This document shows, piece after piece, positions 1-8,799 of a stretch of 64,000 nucleotides of DNA (positions are counted from its first letter, which is position 1; each line of letters opens with the position of its first letter). The DNA is from Candidatus Latescibacterota bacterium (lineage in GTDB: Bacteria; Latescibacterota; UBA2968; UBA8231). The notes under the pieces are model-generated. The model worked only from the letters and a program-made list of their open reading frames with translations. It was not told the origin of the DNA and made no database searches. Location: positions 6,336,001-6,400,000 of the forward strand of contig OZ244561.1 in NCBI GenBank assembly GCA_965217585.1, read 5' to 3'. Made by a program: the position numbers and the translations under genes.

Positions 1-1
1 C

Positions 2-472
2 AGTTCCGCCGGCCGGGGCACCGTGGCCTATATCGACATTCCCGGCTCTGAGGGCCTGGCTGCCGTCTGCACCGACAACTCCGACTTGGCCGATTTTATT
101 ACTGCCACCATGATTCGCGGCAGCAATAATCCATTCGACCGCGATCTGCCCCAATGGCCAGCCACCTTCAGCCGCGCTGGTCACATTGACCGCAATCCTT
201 CTTGGACCATCCAAAGTGAGCACCACACCCTGACCGCCACTTGGGAGCAATTGGAAAGCCCCCTAGTCGGCCCGCCTACCATCAACCCCCAGATCGTCTT
301 CACAGTGCTGGTTTTTGCGGCCGCCGGCCAGATGCAACTCGACGGCATGGCCGTACCCGGCCGCCCCTATCCCCGTGATGCCTGGAGCAAAAGTCTAGGT
401 CAAGCCCGCAGTTCCTGCTGTTTTGCGCTGGCCGAAACCATGGTGGCCGGCCATTCGAGTGGTGGGATTTGA
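2..472 (+). CDS. Hypothetical protein, 5'-truncated at the window edge
   Basis: Frame is open from position 2 to TGA at 470-472; the ORF track starts at GTG 23. No family recognised. Confidence 0.65.
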   Translation, partial: SSAGRGTVAYIDIPGSEGLAAVCTDNSDLADFITATMIRGSNNPFDRDLPQWPATFSRAGHIDRNPSWTIQSEHHTLTATWEQLESPLVGPPTINPQIVFTVLVFAAAGQMQLDGMAVPGRPYPRDAWSKSLGQARSSCCFALAETMVAGHSSGGI

Positions 473-496
473 CGGGTAGTAGGGGAAGGCGATAAG

Positions 497-796
497 TTGG
501 ACATCGAATACCAACTTCAAGACATCAGGTTTCAGTGGGATGAGAACAAAGCCCAAAGCAACGTGCTGAAGCATGGCATCGCTTTTGAAGAAGCAGCCGA
601 AGTCTTTTTCGATCCCTTTCATCAAACAGGGGATGCCTCCATTGATGATGAACATGAACAACGGGATTTCATCCTTGGTTACTCGTCTCGGCGACGTATT
701 TTGCTAGTCGTTTATGTAGAGCGAGACAAACTGACACGCATCATATCTGTGCGCCGTGCGACGCGGCGTGAAAGGAAGTCATATGGAGACCCGTGA
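497..796 (+). CDS. brnT: BrnT-family (DUF497) type II toxin, RelE-like ribonuclease
   Basis: Motifs FQWDENKAQSNVLKHGIAFEEAAEVFFDP and RIISVRRATRRERKSY. TTG start preceded by GGGGAAGG. Confidence 0.9.
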   Translation: MDIEYQLQDIRFQWDENKAQSNVLKHGIAFEEAAEVFFDPFHQTGDASIDDEHEQRDFILGYSSRRRILLVVYVERDKLTRIISVRRATRRERKSYGDP

Positions 797-1550
797 AGTC
801 GATCTTGCGTTCCGTCCTCGTGCGACGGAAAAAGTATCCATAGAGATACCAAAGGATGTGCTCAATTCCCTCAAGCAGGTCGCCGCCAACCGAGACATGT
901 CGGTCCAGGCATTAATCAAGTCCTATATTGGGCAAGGGGCGCGACAAATGACGTCCTTAATGTGGGCCGCCCAAGACGGCTATTTAGCGTTGGTGCGTTT
1001 TTTGGTGTCTGAGGGGGCTGATATCCACGTGCGCGATGAAAACGGCTGGACCGCCTTGATGTGGGCTGCCCAAGGCGGCCATTTAGCGGTGATGCGCTTT
1101 TTGGTGTCTGAGGGGGCTGATATCCACGTGCGCGATGAAAACGGCTGGACCGCCTTGATGTGGGCTGCCCAAGGCGGCCATTTAGCGGTGATGCGCTTTT
1201 TGACAGAGCAGTTTGCCGATATCCACGCCCGAAATAACTTCGGCGATACGGCCTTGGTGTTGGCTGCCCAAGGCGGTCATTTAGCGGTAGTACGTTTTTT
1301 GGTGTCTGAGGGGGCTGATATCCACGTGCGCGATGAAAACGGCTGGACCGCCTTGATGAAGGCCACCGTTGGCGGCTATTTAGCGGTGGTGCGCTTTTTG
1401 GTGGACCGCGGGGTTGATGTCAATACCCGAAATGAGTCCGGCGATACGGCCTTGACATGGGCTGTCCGGGGTTCCCACATCGAGGACGGCGAAAAGAAAA
1501 AGTGCTACGAGGAGGTGGTAGCCTTTCTCAGAGCGGCTGAAGCTGTCTGA
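783..1550 (+). CDS. BrnA/CopG-like ribbon-helix-helix antitoxin domain fused to ankyrin repeats
   Basis: ATG 783 overlaps the brnT 3' end. The N-terminal 55 aa (RPRATEKVSIEIPKDVLNSLKQVAANRDMSVQALIKSYIGQG) are RHH-antitoxin-like and continue in frame into five full 33-aa ankyrin repeats plus a capping repeat. Confidence 0.8.
   Translation: METREVDLAFRPRATEKVSIEIPKDVLNSLKQVAANRDMSVQALIKSYIGQGARQMTSLMWAAQDGYLALVRFLVSEGADIHVRDENGWTALMWAAQGGHLAVMRFLVSEGADIHVRDENGWTALMWAAQGGHLAVMRFLTEQFADIHARNNFGDTALVLAAQGGHLAVVRFLVSEGADIHVRDENGWTALMKATVGGYLAVVRFLVDRGVDVNTRNESGDTALTWAVRGSHIEDGEKKKCYEEVVAFLRAAEAV
948..1478 (+). repeat. Coding tandem repeat with a 99-bp unit (ankyrin repeats)
   Basis: Recurrent identical stretch ttggtgtctgagggggctgatatccacgtgcgcgatgaaaacggctggaccgccttgatg in units 1, 2 and 4. 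Confidence 0.9.
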
Positions 1551-1577
1551 GTAGGGTGGGAAAGCGTATAGGACGAA

Positions 1578-1606
1578 AGCCCAAGCCGTGTAAAGTGGCT
1601 TGGGCT
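1578..1606. terminator. Hairpin between convergent genes, possible terminator
   Basis: Perfect 10-bp inverted repeat agcccaagcc / ggcttgggct. The U-tract is weak. Confidence 0.45.
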
Positions 1607-1655
1607 GGGGATACCTTGATAAGATAAATTCACCAATAACGCTGAAAACAACACA

Positions 1656-2849
1656 TCATAAGTCCTTAACAGCATCCCACACCGGCTTCAGGTGGTGTGC
1701 AATTCCTTTCACATACTCCTTCCTCGCTTTCTCGTTGAACAGCAGCTTGGACACTAATTTAAGGTTCTTGGAGGTGGGATTTCGCAGATCCAGTCCTCCA
1801 TCGGCACATCGATACCAGGGCCACCACTGATTTGATTTACCACCGTTCACGTTTTCTAACGCTTCCCTGAGTCTGTTGTACTGATCTTCGTCTTCTCCTT
1901 TGTAATAATGGACGCCGAAGTTAATATCGCTGCCAAACTCAACGCTAATCTGGGCGTCTCCGCTGCCAAACGGATAGAATAGGCCGTAATACATGCTCCC
2001 TTTCGTACCCCTGACGTATTTCTCCATCGTCTCCTCAGAGAATTCGCGGTCCTTGTTCTTGTCAGCAGGCTTCTTTGAAATCAGTTCTGTCAGTGAGGAG
2101 TCAATTTCACCGTACAGTTTTTTCAGCAACGAAATTCTGACACGAATTACAGCCTCATTCAAGTCGTGGATGAGAGTGAGATTCTTGCCCTGTAAACAAA
2201 GTTTCTCTAAGTCTTTCATATATGCCTCACTGAAATCCGTACCTGTCAGCTTGCGAACGAGCTGTAGGTACTGAGCGATTGATTCCCGCAACGCGGGTTC
2301 GTCGTAAGCGCGTTTTTGACACCCTTCCAGCCAAGGAGGAAGGTCGTCCCGGTAGGAAATACTTTGGTAATAGAGATTGCCGACGCTATCCTCGGAAGGA
2401 GCGTAGCCATCAAGCGTCAGATACAGCAGAGATATGTCGTCGAATCCCCCTTTTTTTAATCTATCGTGGTATCTCTGTAATTGCTGAGGTTGATCTCCGG
2501 CCCCAATCTTGTTCTCGATCACAACCGCTTGTCCGACATCATTGGTAATCAAGATGTCGATGTTATCGCGCTCCCGATCTACTTTGATGCCGCTCTGATA
2601 AAAGTCCTTCTTGGCAACACGTCGCAAGAACTTCGTCAGGTTTTGTCGTGGTGCATCGGGCGACTTCTGGTAGTTGAGCAGCCCGTAAAGAAACCGGGAG
2701 TGGAGATTTACCTCATCGCGTTCTCCACGCAGAGTGGAGAAAATGTTGAAGGGATCCTCTCGTCCAGCCTCATACTTCTCGTATAAGTGATCTGCCCGTT
2801 CTAACAGCAATGCTGCCTGTTCCAACCGCGATTGGTCGTCGTTGTTCAT
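1656..2849 (-). CDS. PD-(D/E)XK nuclease family protein (PDDEXK_4-like)
   Basis: Motifs EVNLHSRFL and IDILI...VVIENKIGAGDQPQQLQRY. RBS AAGGGG. Lower GC than the flanking core genes. Confidence 0.85.
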   Translation of the reverse strand: MNNDDQSRLEQAALLLERADHLYEKYEAGREDPFNIFSTLRGERDEVNLHSRFLYGLLNYQKSPDAPRQNLTKFLRRVAKKDFYQSGIKVDRERDNIDILITNDVGQAVVIENKIGAGDQPQQLQRYHDRLKKGGFDDISLLYLTLDGYAPSEDSVGNLYYQSISYRDDLPPWLEGCQKRAYDEPALRESIAQYLQLVRKLTGTDFSEAYMKDLEKLCLQGKNLTLIHDLNEAVIRVRISLLKKLYGEIDSSLTELISKKPADKNKDREFSEETMEKYVRGTKGSMYYGLFYPFGSGDAQISVEFGSDINFGVHYYKGEDEDQYNRLREALENVNGGKSNQWWPWYRCADGGLDLRNPTSKNLKLVSKLLFNEKARKEYVKGIAHHLKPVWDAVKDL

Positions 2850-2991
2850 GGATGCCCCTTATCAAGCTTAGTGAATAGGCAGACCAAACATCGTCGTGCC
2901 GCAAACAGCGATCTTGGTGCTCGTCCTCGACCCTTGCTTGAGGACTTGCTCAACCAGCTCTCTACTGCCCGTGTAAAAATCTTTCCCACCG

Positions 2992-3108
2992 TTAGAAGAA
3001 CGACCTTTGTTTGAGAAACTCCACTGGCGCTTCCTCGCCCCAGCCGCGCGTGTAGTAGTCCTGCATGGTCAAGGCCAGCAGGATGCATAGCGAGAAGAAG
3101 CCGGCGAC
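2992..3108 (-). pseudogene. Duplicated 3' fragment (38 codons + stop) of the cytochrome c oxidase subunit IV gene
   Basis: 106/117 nt identical to 3951-4067. Encodes VAGFFSLCILLALTMQDYYTRGWGEEAPVEFLKQRSFF* versus VAGFFWLCILLSLTMQDYYTRGWGEEAPVEFLKQGSFF* in the intact gene. Confidence 0.9.
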
Positions 3109-3128
3109 GGGTTTAGCAGGTGGTGAAC

Positions 3129-3512
3129 TCATATTGGCAGTCCCAAACTAGCGCGAATAGCTCGGCGAACCTGAGCACAGATTTGCATAGCATGAAGAGT
3201 ATCGCTGGCCGTTGCTGACTTTCCGGGATAGCGAAAATCCACTGCATGCGCGGTAAGGACTTGAAAGTCAGCCTGCCAAGAGTGCCAATCCGGCACAGTT
3301 TGCACGATCAGATCCAGCAATTCTTCCAGATCGTGAGTTCGCGGAAAAGGAAGGTTTGCTTCTTGAAGCCAAGCTTTTAGATACTTTTCGATACACTGCT
3401 GGGCATGGAAGCAGATGGCATCATGCGTCGGATTGGGTGCCTGCTGAAGCCACTGAGCCGAAGCATAATCGCCTTCGGCCTTTTGCGTCCATTCCAGCGT
3501 CAACGGATTCAT
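3129..3512 (-). CDS. HEPN domain protein
   Basis: Motifs AICFHAQQCIEKYLKAWL, PRTHDLEELL and AVDFRYPG. ATG at 3512 lies inside the MNT gene 3' end. Confidence 0.88.
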   Translation of the reverse strand: MNPLTLEWTQKAEGDYASAQWLQQAPNPTHDAICFHAQQCIEKYLKAWLQEANLPFPRTHDLEELLDLIVQTVPDWHSWQADFQVLTAHAVDFRYPGKSATASDTLHAMQICAQVRRAIRASLGLPI

Positions 3513-3816
3513 AGAGTACTTGCCCTTTTTGCATAATTTCCCGAAGAAACCAGTCGTTATGCGAGACTCGGTAAGCAATTTCTTCCGGGGAACGGACGAG
3601 CAAATCCATGCGGAAGCGGCGGGGGATACGCTGCCGAATCGCCACGGCTTGGCGACGAGTCTGCGATTCTGGGATCGCCATGACCACGCACAGATCGACA
3701 TCCGAGTCTTCCGTGGGGGTGCCGTAAGCATAGGAGCCGAAGAGAATAATTTTCAGGGGGGCAAATTCTCGGGCTATGTCATCACAGGTCGCCTGAATGT
3801 CTTTCGGGTCAACCAT
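3421..3816 (-). CDS. Minimal nucleotidyltransferase (MNT), partner of HEPN
   Basis: GS-X10-DXD motif (GSYAYGTPTEDSDVD) and C-terminal EIMQKGQVLYE. Directly upstream of HEPN. Confidence 0.88.
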   Translation of the reverse strand: MVDPKDIQATCDDIAREFAPLKIILFGSYAYGTPTEDSDVDLCVVMAIPESQTRRQAVAIRQRIPRRFRMDLLVRSPEEIAYRVSHNDWFLREIMQKGQVLYESVDAGMDAKGRRRLCFGSVASAGTQSDA

Positions 3817-3832
3817 GCTTGCCAGTCCGTAT

Positions 3833-3881
3833 AATAAAGAAAAAGGCTTGGGATCGAGGGCGGGACGTCTCCGATCCCAAG
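3833..3881 (-). terminator. Probable intrinsic terminator of the act/cox operon
   Basis: 10-bp inverted repeat cttgggatcg / cgatcccaag, followed on the minus strand by ccTTTTTCTTTATT. Confidence 0.65.
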
Positions 3882-3950
3882 GACGCAATTCAAGATACGA
3901 GGGTCTCTCGCCTGCGACAACTCGACAATCCTCGAAGGCCCGGCGTGGGT

Positions 3951-4292
3951 TCAGAAAAACGATCCTTGCTTGAGAAACTCTACCGGCGCTTCCTCGCCCC
4001 AGCCGCGCGTGTAGTAGTCCTGCATGGTCAAGGACAGCAGGATGCACAGCCAGAAGAATCCGGCGACCGCAAAAAGCCCGACCAGCTTGGGGCTGTATTT
4101 CACGTGCATGAAGAACAAGATGACCAGCGATGCCTTTATCAAAGCGATGACCAAGGCGACGGGCGTATTCAAAAAGCCCATGTTGACGAAGGCGGCGGCC
4201 ACCGTGAGGGTCGTGCCGAGCATCAGGGAGAAGAAGATCAGAAAGTAGATCTTGAGCGGGACGACGTGATGTTCAGAGTGATGTTCAGACAT
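3951..4292 (-). CDS. ctaF: Cytochrome c oxidase subunit IV
   Basis: Three hydrophobic segments and the KASLVILFFMHVKY motif. Start is coupled to the subunit III stop (TAATG). Confidence 0.88.
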   Translation of the reverse strand: MSEHHSEHHVVPLKIYFLIFFSLMLGTTLTVAAAFVNMGFLNTPVALVIALIKASLVILFFMHVKYSPKLVGLFAVAGFFWLCILLSLTMQDYYTRGWGEEAPVEFLKQGSFF

Positions 4293-4957
4293 TAGTGACG
4301 GCCGATCAGATAGAGCAGTGGGAAGAGGAAAATCCACACGATATCCACGAAGTGCCAATAGAGGCCGCTAAGCTCGATCGGCGTAAAGTACTGGGCCGAA
4401 ATCTCGTTGCGCCGGACTTTGGCGATCATCCACAACATGATACCGACGCCGATGACCATGTGCAGCGCGTGCATCCCGGTCATCACGAAGTAAAACGAGA
4501 AGAAAATTTTGGCGTTGCCAAGCGAGACTGTGGGGTCGTTCCACTGGAACATGCTTCCGGGGATGAGGTGCTCGTGCCACTTGTGGCTGTACTCGATGTA
4601 CTTGACGCCTAAGAAGGTACATCCGAGAATAATCGTGGCGATGAGCCACCCCGTAATCGCGTTGCGACCGGCGTTGGTCTGCGCGGCACGGACGGCCAGC
4701 GCCATGGTCAGGCTGCTGGCGATCAGCACAATGGTGTTGAAGGTGCCCCAGGAGATATCTAGGTGGTGCGAGCCAGCGGTAAAGGCTTCGATATATTTGT
4801 AGCGATACACGGTGTAGGCACCGAACAACCCCCCGAAGAACAGAATTTCCTGAATGATGAACGCCCACATGCCGAGACTGGCGGTTTCGTATTGCTGCTG
4901 CGCTGTCTCGAACTGGTGTAGGTGGTGGGCGCTATGTGCGTGATCAGACAACTTCAT
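4292..4957 (-). CDS. ctaE: Cytochrome c oxidase subunit III
   Basis: Motifs [18 protein letters not shown] and [19 protein letters not shown]. Confidence 0.95.
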   Translation of the reverse strand: MKLSDHAHSAHHLHQFETAQQQYETASLGMWAFIIQEILFFGGLFGAYTVYRYKYIEAFTAGSHHLDISWGTFNTIVLIASSLTMALAVRAAQTNAGRNAITGWLIATIILGCTFLGVKYIEYSHKWHEHLIPGSMFQWNDPTVSLGNAKIFFSFYFVMTGMHALHMVIGVGIMLWMIAKVRRNEISAQYFTPIELSGLYWHFVDIVWIFLFPLLYLIGRH

Positions 4958-6611
4958 CCTCCTTAGCGCGTTCAGGTACGGCCTCGGTGCTTGGTGCCGC
5001 TGGTTCCTCCTCGCCGTAGGGATAGGCTTCCCAAGTAACTATCGGGATGGCTTCAAAGTTGTGGGCTATGGGAGGCGAGGGAATGTCCCATTCGAGACCC
5101 TTGGCTTGGAACGGATTGGCGGGGGCCTTTTCCCCCTTGAACAGGGACCAGAGGAGATAGACGATGGTCAGCGAGAAGCCCAGCCCGAGGACCGTGGCAC
5201 CCGCGGTGGACATGATGTTGAGGGCTTGCCATTCCTCGGGATAGGCGTGATAGCGCCGAGGCATTCCCAAGTAACCCAAGATAAATTGCGGAAAGAAGGT
5301 CAAGTTGAACCCGGCGAAGACGAACATGACGCCGAGCTTGGCCGCCCCTTCTGAATACATGCGCCCGGTCATTTTAGGCCACCAAAAATGCAGGCCACAG
5401 AGGAACCCCATGACCATGCCGCCCACCATGACATAGTGAAAGTGGGCGACCACGAAGTAGGTATCGTGGAGATGGACGTCTATGCCCAAGGTGGAGAGGA
5501 ACAGGCCCGTCAGGCCGCCGATAGTGAAAAGGCCGATAAAGCCCATCACGTAGAGCATAGGCGAGTCTAGCTTAACCGAGGCTTTGTGGAGGGTGAAAGA
5601 CCAGTTGAAAATTTTGATGGCCGTGGGTACGGCGATGAAGAAGGTGATGAAGGAAAAGACCATGCTGGCATAGGTGGATTGGCCCGATACGAACAAATGG
5701 TGGCCCCAGACGAGAAAGCCGAGGACGGCGATGGCCAGCGAGGAAAAAGCGACAAAGGAATAGCCGAAGACGCGCTTGCGCGAGAAGCAAGCTATGACTT
5801 CGCTGACGACGGCAAAGCCCGGCAGGATCATGATATATACGGCTGGATGCGAGTAAAACCAGAACATGTGCTGAAAGAGCACGGGGTCGCCGCCGTAATT
5901 GGGATCGAAAATGCCGATCTTGAAGAGGCGCTCGAAGCAGACCAGCAACAAGGTGATGGCGACCACCGGGGTGCCTAGGACCTGAATCAGGCTGGTCGCG
6001 TAGTGCCCCCAAATAAAAAGCGGCAAGCGGAACCACGTCATACCCGGGGCCCGCATCTTGTGGATGGTGACCATGAAGTTGACCCCGGTGAGGATCGAAG
6101 AGAAGCCGTTGACAAAAACGCCGACTAAGGCTAAGGAAACGAACGAAGTGGAGTACGTACTGCTATAAGGAGTGTAAAAAGTCCAACCCGTATCAATGCC
6201 CCCCATGATGATGGCCAGCACGGCGAAGGCTCCGCCGGCGACGTAGAGGTAGTAGCTCAGGAGATTCAGGCGGGGGAAGGCCACATCGCGGGCACCGATT
6301 TGCAGCGGGATGAAAAAGTTGCCCAACACCGCCGGGATCGAGGGGATCAGAAAGAAGAAGATCATCACCACCCCGTGCATGGTGAAGAGCTTGTTGTAGG
6401 TCTCGGCCTCGACCAAATCGCCTTTGGGCGTCATCAGCTCAAAGCGGATCATACTGGCGAAAAGGCTGCCGGCCAAGAAGAAGACCGCCAGCGTTATCAA
6501 GTAGAGGATACCGATGCGCTTGTGGTCTAGGGTCAGGAGCCAAGATTTGATCCCATACGTTTCGTTGAGATAGTTTCTCGGCTCGCCGTTGGCGCTCGCT
6601 GCGTGGCTCAT
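4944..6611 (-). CDS. ctaD: Cytochrome c oxidase subunit I, A2-type heme-copper oxidase
   Basis: Motifs WFYSHPAVY (YS signature of type A2), VWGHH and VAHFHY. Confidence 0.97.
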   Translation of the reverse strand: MSHAASANGEPRNYLNETYGIKSWLLTLDHKRIGILYLITLAVFFLAGSLFASMIRFELMTPKGDLVEAETYNKLFTMHGVVMIFFFLIPSIPAVLGNFFIPLQIGARDVAFPRLNLLSYYLYVAGGAFAVLAIIMGGIDTGWTFYTPYSSTYSTSFVSLALVGVFVNGFSSILTGVNFMVTIHKMRAPGMTWFRLPLFIWGHYATSLIQVLGTPVVAITLLLVCFERLFKIGIFDPNYGGDPVLFQHMFWFYSHPAVYIMILPGFAVVSEVIACFSRKRVFGYSFVAFSSLAIAVLGFLVWGHHLFVSGQSTYASMVFSFITFFIAVPTAIKIFNWSFTLHKASVKLDSPMLYVMGFIGLFTIGGLTGLFLSTLGIDVHLHDTYFVVAHFHYVMVGGMVMGFLCGLHFWWPKMTGRMYSEGAAKLGVMFVFAGFNLTFFPQFILGYLGMPRRYHAYPEEWQALNIMSTAGATVLGLGFSLTIVYLLWSLFKGEKAPANPFQAKGLEWDIPSPPIAHNFEAIPIVTWEAYPYGEEEPAAPSTEAVPERAKEDEVV

Positions 6612-7561
6612 GGCTGGGTAACCTCGGATTCGCTCAGGGATTTGATATAGGATGCGATTTGCAACAGCGACTGCTCACTGATCTGCCCCTCAAAGACGGG
6701 CATAATCGACTCGTACCCAGCGACGATCTTGGCCCTGGGCTGGAGTATGGACTCGCGGATATAGTCGCTATCGACGACGATCTCCTGCCCATTGCTGAGC
6801 GTTACCGGTTTGTCGTAAAGCCCGACCAGCGAAGGGCCGCGTCCCGTGGCCGTGGATTTGTGGCAGGTCTCGCAGCCGAGTTTCTGGAACTGGCGTTCGC
6901 CCGCCTCGACCATGGATTCGCCGCTGGACGCTCCCATCAGCCAGTCGTGGTAATCCGCTGGCTCTAAGACGATCACCTTGCCGATCATACCCGAATGTTG
7001 GGTGCCGCAATACTCAGCGCAAAACAAGTGGAACTCGCCCGTCTGCGTGGCCTCGAACCACAGGGTCGTGTAGCGCCCGGGCAACACGTCGTTTTTGACG
7101 CGGAAGGCCGGGATGAAAAAGTCGTGGATTACATCCTCTGAAGTCATGGTCAGGCGGACGGGCTGGCCCTTGGGCACGTGCAGGGTATTGATCTCGCGCT
7201 TGCCCGATTCGTGTTGGATTTTCCACATCCACTGCTTGCCGACCGCGTAGATCTCCAAAGGATCGGACGGAGGCCGCTGGAGCCGGAAGAAGACATCGGC
7301 CCCGAGCAAAAAGACAAAAAGCGAGAGGAAGAGCGGGATGATGGTCCAAGACAGTTCGAGGACGAGATTGCCGTGAGTTTGCTCGGGCTGTTCGTCTTCA
7401 GAGCGGCGGCGGTACTTGATGGCGAAGATGATTACCATGCCGAAGACGAGCAGGCAGAAGACCACAGTCAAGACGAGCAAGAATGCGTACAGAGCATCTA
7501 CTTGCCAGGCGATGGTGGAGGCTTGGGCGGGAAAAAGTGGAAAGTCGGACATGCGGTTCAA
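6608..7561 (-). CDS. ctaC: Cytochrome c oxidase subunit II with fused cytochrome c (caa3 type)
   Basis: CuA motif DVIH...[12 protein letters not shown] plus C-terminal CETCH heme motif. The start may be ATG 7552. Confidence 0.95.
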   Translation of the reverse strand: MNRMSDFPLFPAQASTIAWQVDALYAFLLVLTVVFCLLVFGMVIIFAIKYRRRSEDEQPEQTHGNLVLELSWTIIPLFLSLFVFLLGADVFFRLQRPPSDPLEIYAVGKQWMWKIQHESGKREINTLHVPKGQPVRLTMTSEDVIHDFFIPAFRVKNDVLPGRYTTLWFEATQTGEFHLFCAEYCGTQHSGMIGKVIVLEPADYHDWLMGASSGESMVEAGERQFQKLGCETCHKSTATGRGPSLVGLYDKPVTLSNGQEIVVDSDYIRESILQPRAKIVAGYESIMPVFEGQISEQSLLQIASYIKSLSESEVTQP

Positions 7562-7570
7562 GGCTCCGAA

Positions 7571-8410
7571 CTAGTTGAGCTGAGGCTGGTGCAGATTGTT
7601 GCGGCGCTCCCGCTTGAGCATGGCGATGATAAAGATCGCGAGAGCCAGCACAGTAATCAGCCCACCGATGCGCAGGGAATTGCGGATGTAGAGACCGTAT
7701 TTACCGGTCATTGGGTCGTAGCTATAGCAAAGCAGCAGCAGTTGATCGACCGGATTGCCGATGGCACCGTCGGCCGCTTCGACGAGACCCCAGCGCAAGT
7801 CGCGCGGGGGGTAGTCAATGCCGTAGAAATAGCGCGCCAGTTTGCCTTCCGGCGTCAGTACCATCAAGCCGCTGGCGTGGATGTACTGGTCGGTGTCTTC
7901 GTCGTATTCGTAGCGAAAGCCGACGGCTGCGGCTAGCTGTTCGATCTGGTCCTGCTCGCCGGTGAGGAAGTGCCAGCCCGTAGAACCATCGCGGCCGCGG
8001 TAGTTTTTGCTGTACTCGGCTTTTTTGGCCGCGGCCAATTCTGGTGTTTCCCCGGGATCGATGCTGATAGTCAAGACGTCGAAATCCGTTCCAATGCCAA
8101 AACTCAGCACGTTCATCGCCCGCAAGAGGCTGTTCAGCACTTGGGTGCAGAGCATGGGGCACTCGTAGTACGCCAAGGTGAGTACGACGGGCTTTTTGCC
8201 GAAGTATTGGCGCAGCGAGGTGCGCTTGCCGCTAGAGTCGGTGAATTCGAGATCCAAGGGGATCTGGTCGCCCAATTTCTGGTCGATGCCGATGCGCTGT
8301 TGTAGCTGCTGGGTATAACTCTGCGCCCCGGTCTGGCCGGCTAGCAAAAGCGGCAGAGTCAACGCCAAAAAGATCGCGCTCCGAGCGAATTTCGTTGTAT
8401 ATCTGCTCAT
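7571..8410 (-). CDS. SCO1/SenC family copper chaperone
   Basis: CPMLC motif, conserved His (YIHAS), signal peptide and C-terminal TM helix, directly upstream of ctaC. Confidence 0.9.
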   Translation of the reverse strand: MSRYTTKFARSAIFLALTLPLLLAGQTGAQSYTQQLQQRIGIDQKLGDQIPLDLEFTDSSGKRTSLRQYFGKKPVVLTLAYYECPMLCTQVLNSLLRAMNVLSFGIGTDFDVLTISIDPGETPELAAAKKAEYSKNYRGRDGSTGWHFLTGEQDQIEQLAAAVGFRYEYDEDTDQYIHASGLMVLTPEGKLARYFYGIDYPPRDLRWGLVEAADGAIGNPVDQLLLLCYSYDPMTGKYGLYIRNSLRIGGLITVLALAIFIIAMLKRERRNNLHQPQLN

Positions 8411-8799
8411 GGTGCCGCTGGCGCGATGAGCGGCATTTTGCCCTCGCTCACCAGATCAATTGCTCGCTCGATGGGAATGTGTACTACCTTCACTTGTTGG
8501 TCGATCCAACCATAGGAATTGAGGATCGCGGCTTCGTTTTGGGCCAGCTCGAACTTTTGCTTTGGTGGGTCCACCTGTAGCCGCGGCGCGTCGCTGGCAA
8601 TGCGGTTGTCGGCGAGCGGCGGGATCGGATCGTCGAAGAGCGGCTGGTAATAGGCAAAAACCTTGAATAAGACGATCATGCTGATAAAGGAAACGATGAC
8701 TAACGCGGCAATAAAAAGGCCGGTCTGTGCCAGCGGCGTTACCCGCGCATCCGTCGTCTCGTAGCCGGAGTTGGTTTGATTGTGTGCTTGTTCAGCCAT
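8407..8799 (-). CDS. Single-TM accessory protein of the ACIII-oxidase operon
   Basis: Overlaps both neighbours. One TM helix and a YGWID...HIPIERAIDL tail. Confidence 0.7.
   Translation of the reverse strand: MAEQAHNQTNSGYETTDARVTPLAQTGLFIAALVIVSFISMIVLFKVFAYYQPLFDDPIPPLADNRIASDAPRLQVDPPKQKFELAQNEAAILNSYGWIDQQVKVVHIPIERAIDLVSEGKMPLIAPAAP

Noticed and set aside
2846-3088. 80-aa ORF, and the similar N-terminal extension of ORF 3421-4047
   Set aside because: Both are alternative-frame readings of the duplicated ctaF tail, not genes.
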